A stretch of 64,000 bases of DNA from sequence record PV340851.1. The stretch is one strand, 5' to 3'. Below are positions 63,975 through 64,000 of the stretch, piece by piece (the stretch's first letter is position 1; each line of letters starts with the position of its first letter). The notes under the pieces were generated by a model. It worked only from the letters and a program-made list of their open reading frames with translations, was not told where the DNA came from and made no database searches. The position numbers were made by a program, and so were the translations under genes.

Positions 63975-64000
63975 AAGCACATGACAAACAAAGCAATGAA

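Noticed and set aside
1-64000. Apparent scarcity of GGCC/CCGG sites (restriction avoidance)
   Set aside because: This is only a visual impression; it needs observed/expected k-mer counts that could not be run.

Overview
This window is a 64-kb segment of a T4-like marine cyanomyophage genome, most likely infecting Synechococcus (pstS, cpeT, pcyA and three tRNAs are present). From left to right it contains: gp33, a DUF1825-like gene and gp32; a putative Pho-regulated beta-barrel + pstS insertion; a minus-strand gp53-gp48-gp2-gp4 block; and a baseplate/tail block (gp54-like, gp26, gp51, two tape-measure-like paralogs carrying lysozyme and M23 domains, a hub protein, split gp5). It then continues with small genes, glutaredoxin, cpeT, tRNA-Thr/Ala/Leu, a 2OG oxygenase and pcyA; a 27-kb tail-fibre/adhesin region including a 4323-aa protein; and a coupled operon of 2OG-Fe(II) oxygenases with a fibre chaperone. 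It ends in an early region of small genes driven by sigma70-like promoters. The strongest unexplained signals are four. (1) A U_UUU_UUC slippery site fuses gp26 to gp51 in the -1 frame just upstream of the tape-measure-like gene, resembling the lambda G/GT arrangement. (2) A candidate replication origin at about 61.8-62.1 kb has three perfect cyanobacterial DnaA boxes at a 12-bp period, a sharp local GC-skew inversion, divergent promoters and AT-rich inverted repeats. (3) A palindromic operator [AC]CA[GC]T-N6-A[GC]TG[GT] sits upstream of about ten early promoters. (4) Three paralogous glycine-rich adhesins share a C-terminal module and carry stalk-and-knob cysteine inserts. All product calls come from recognising motifs by eye; no database searches were run.
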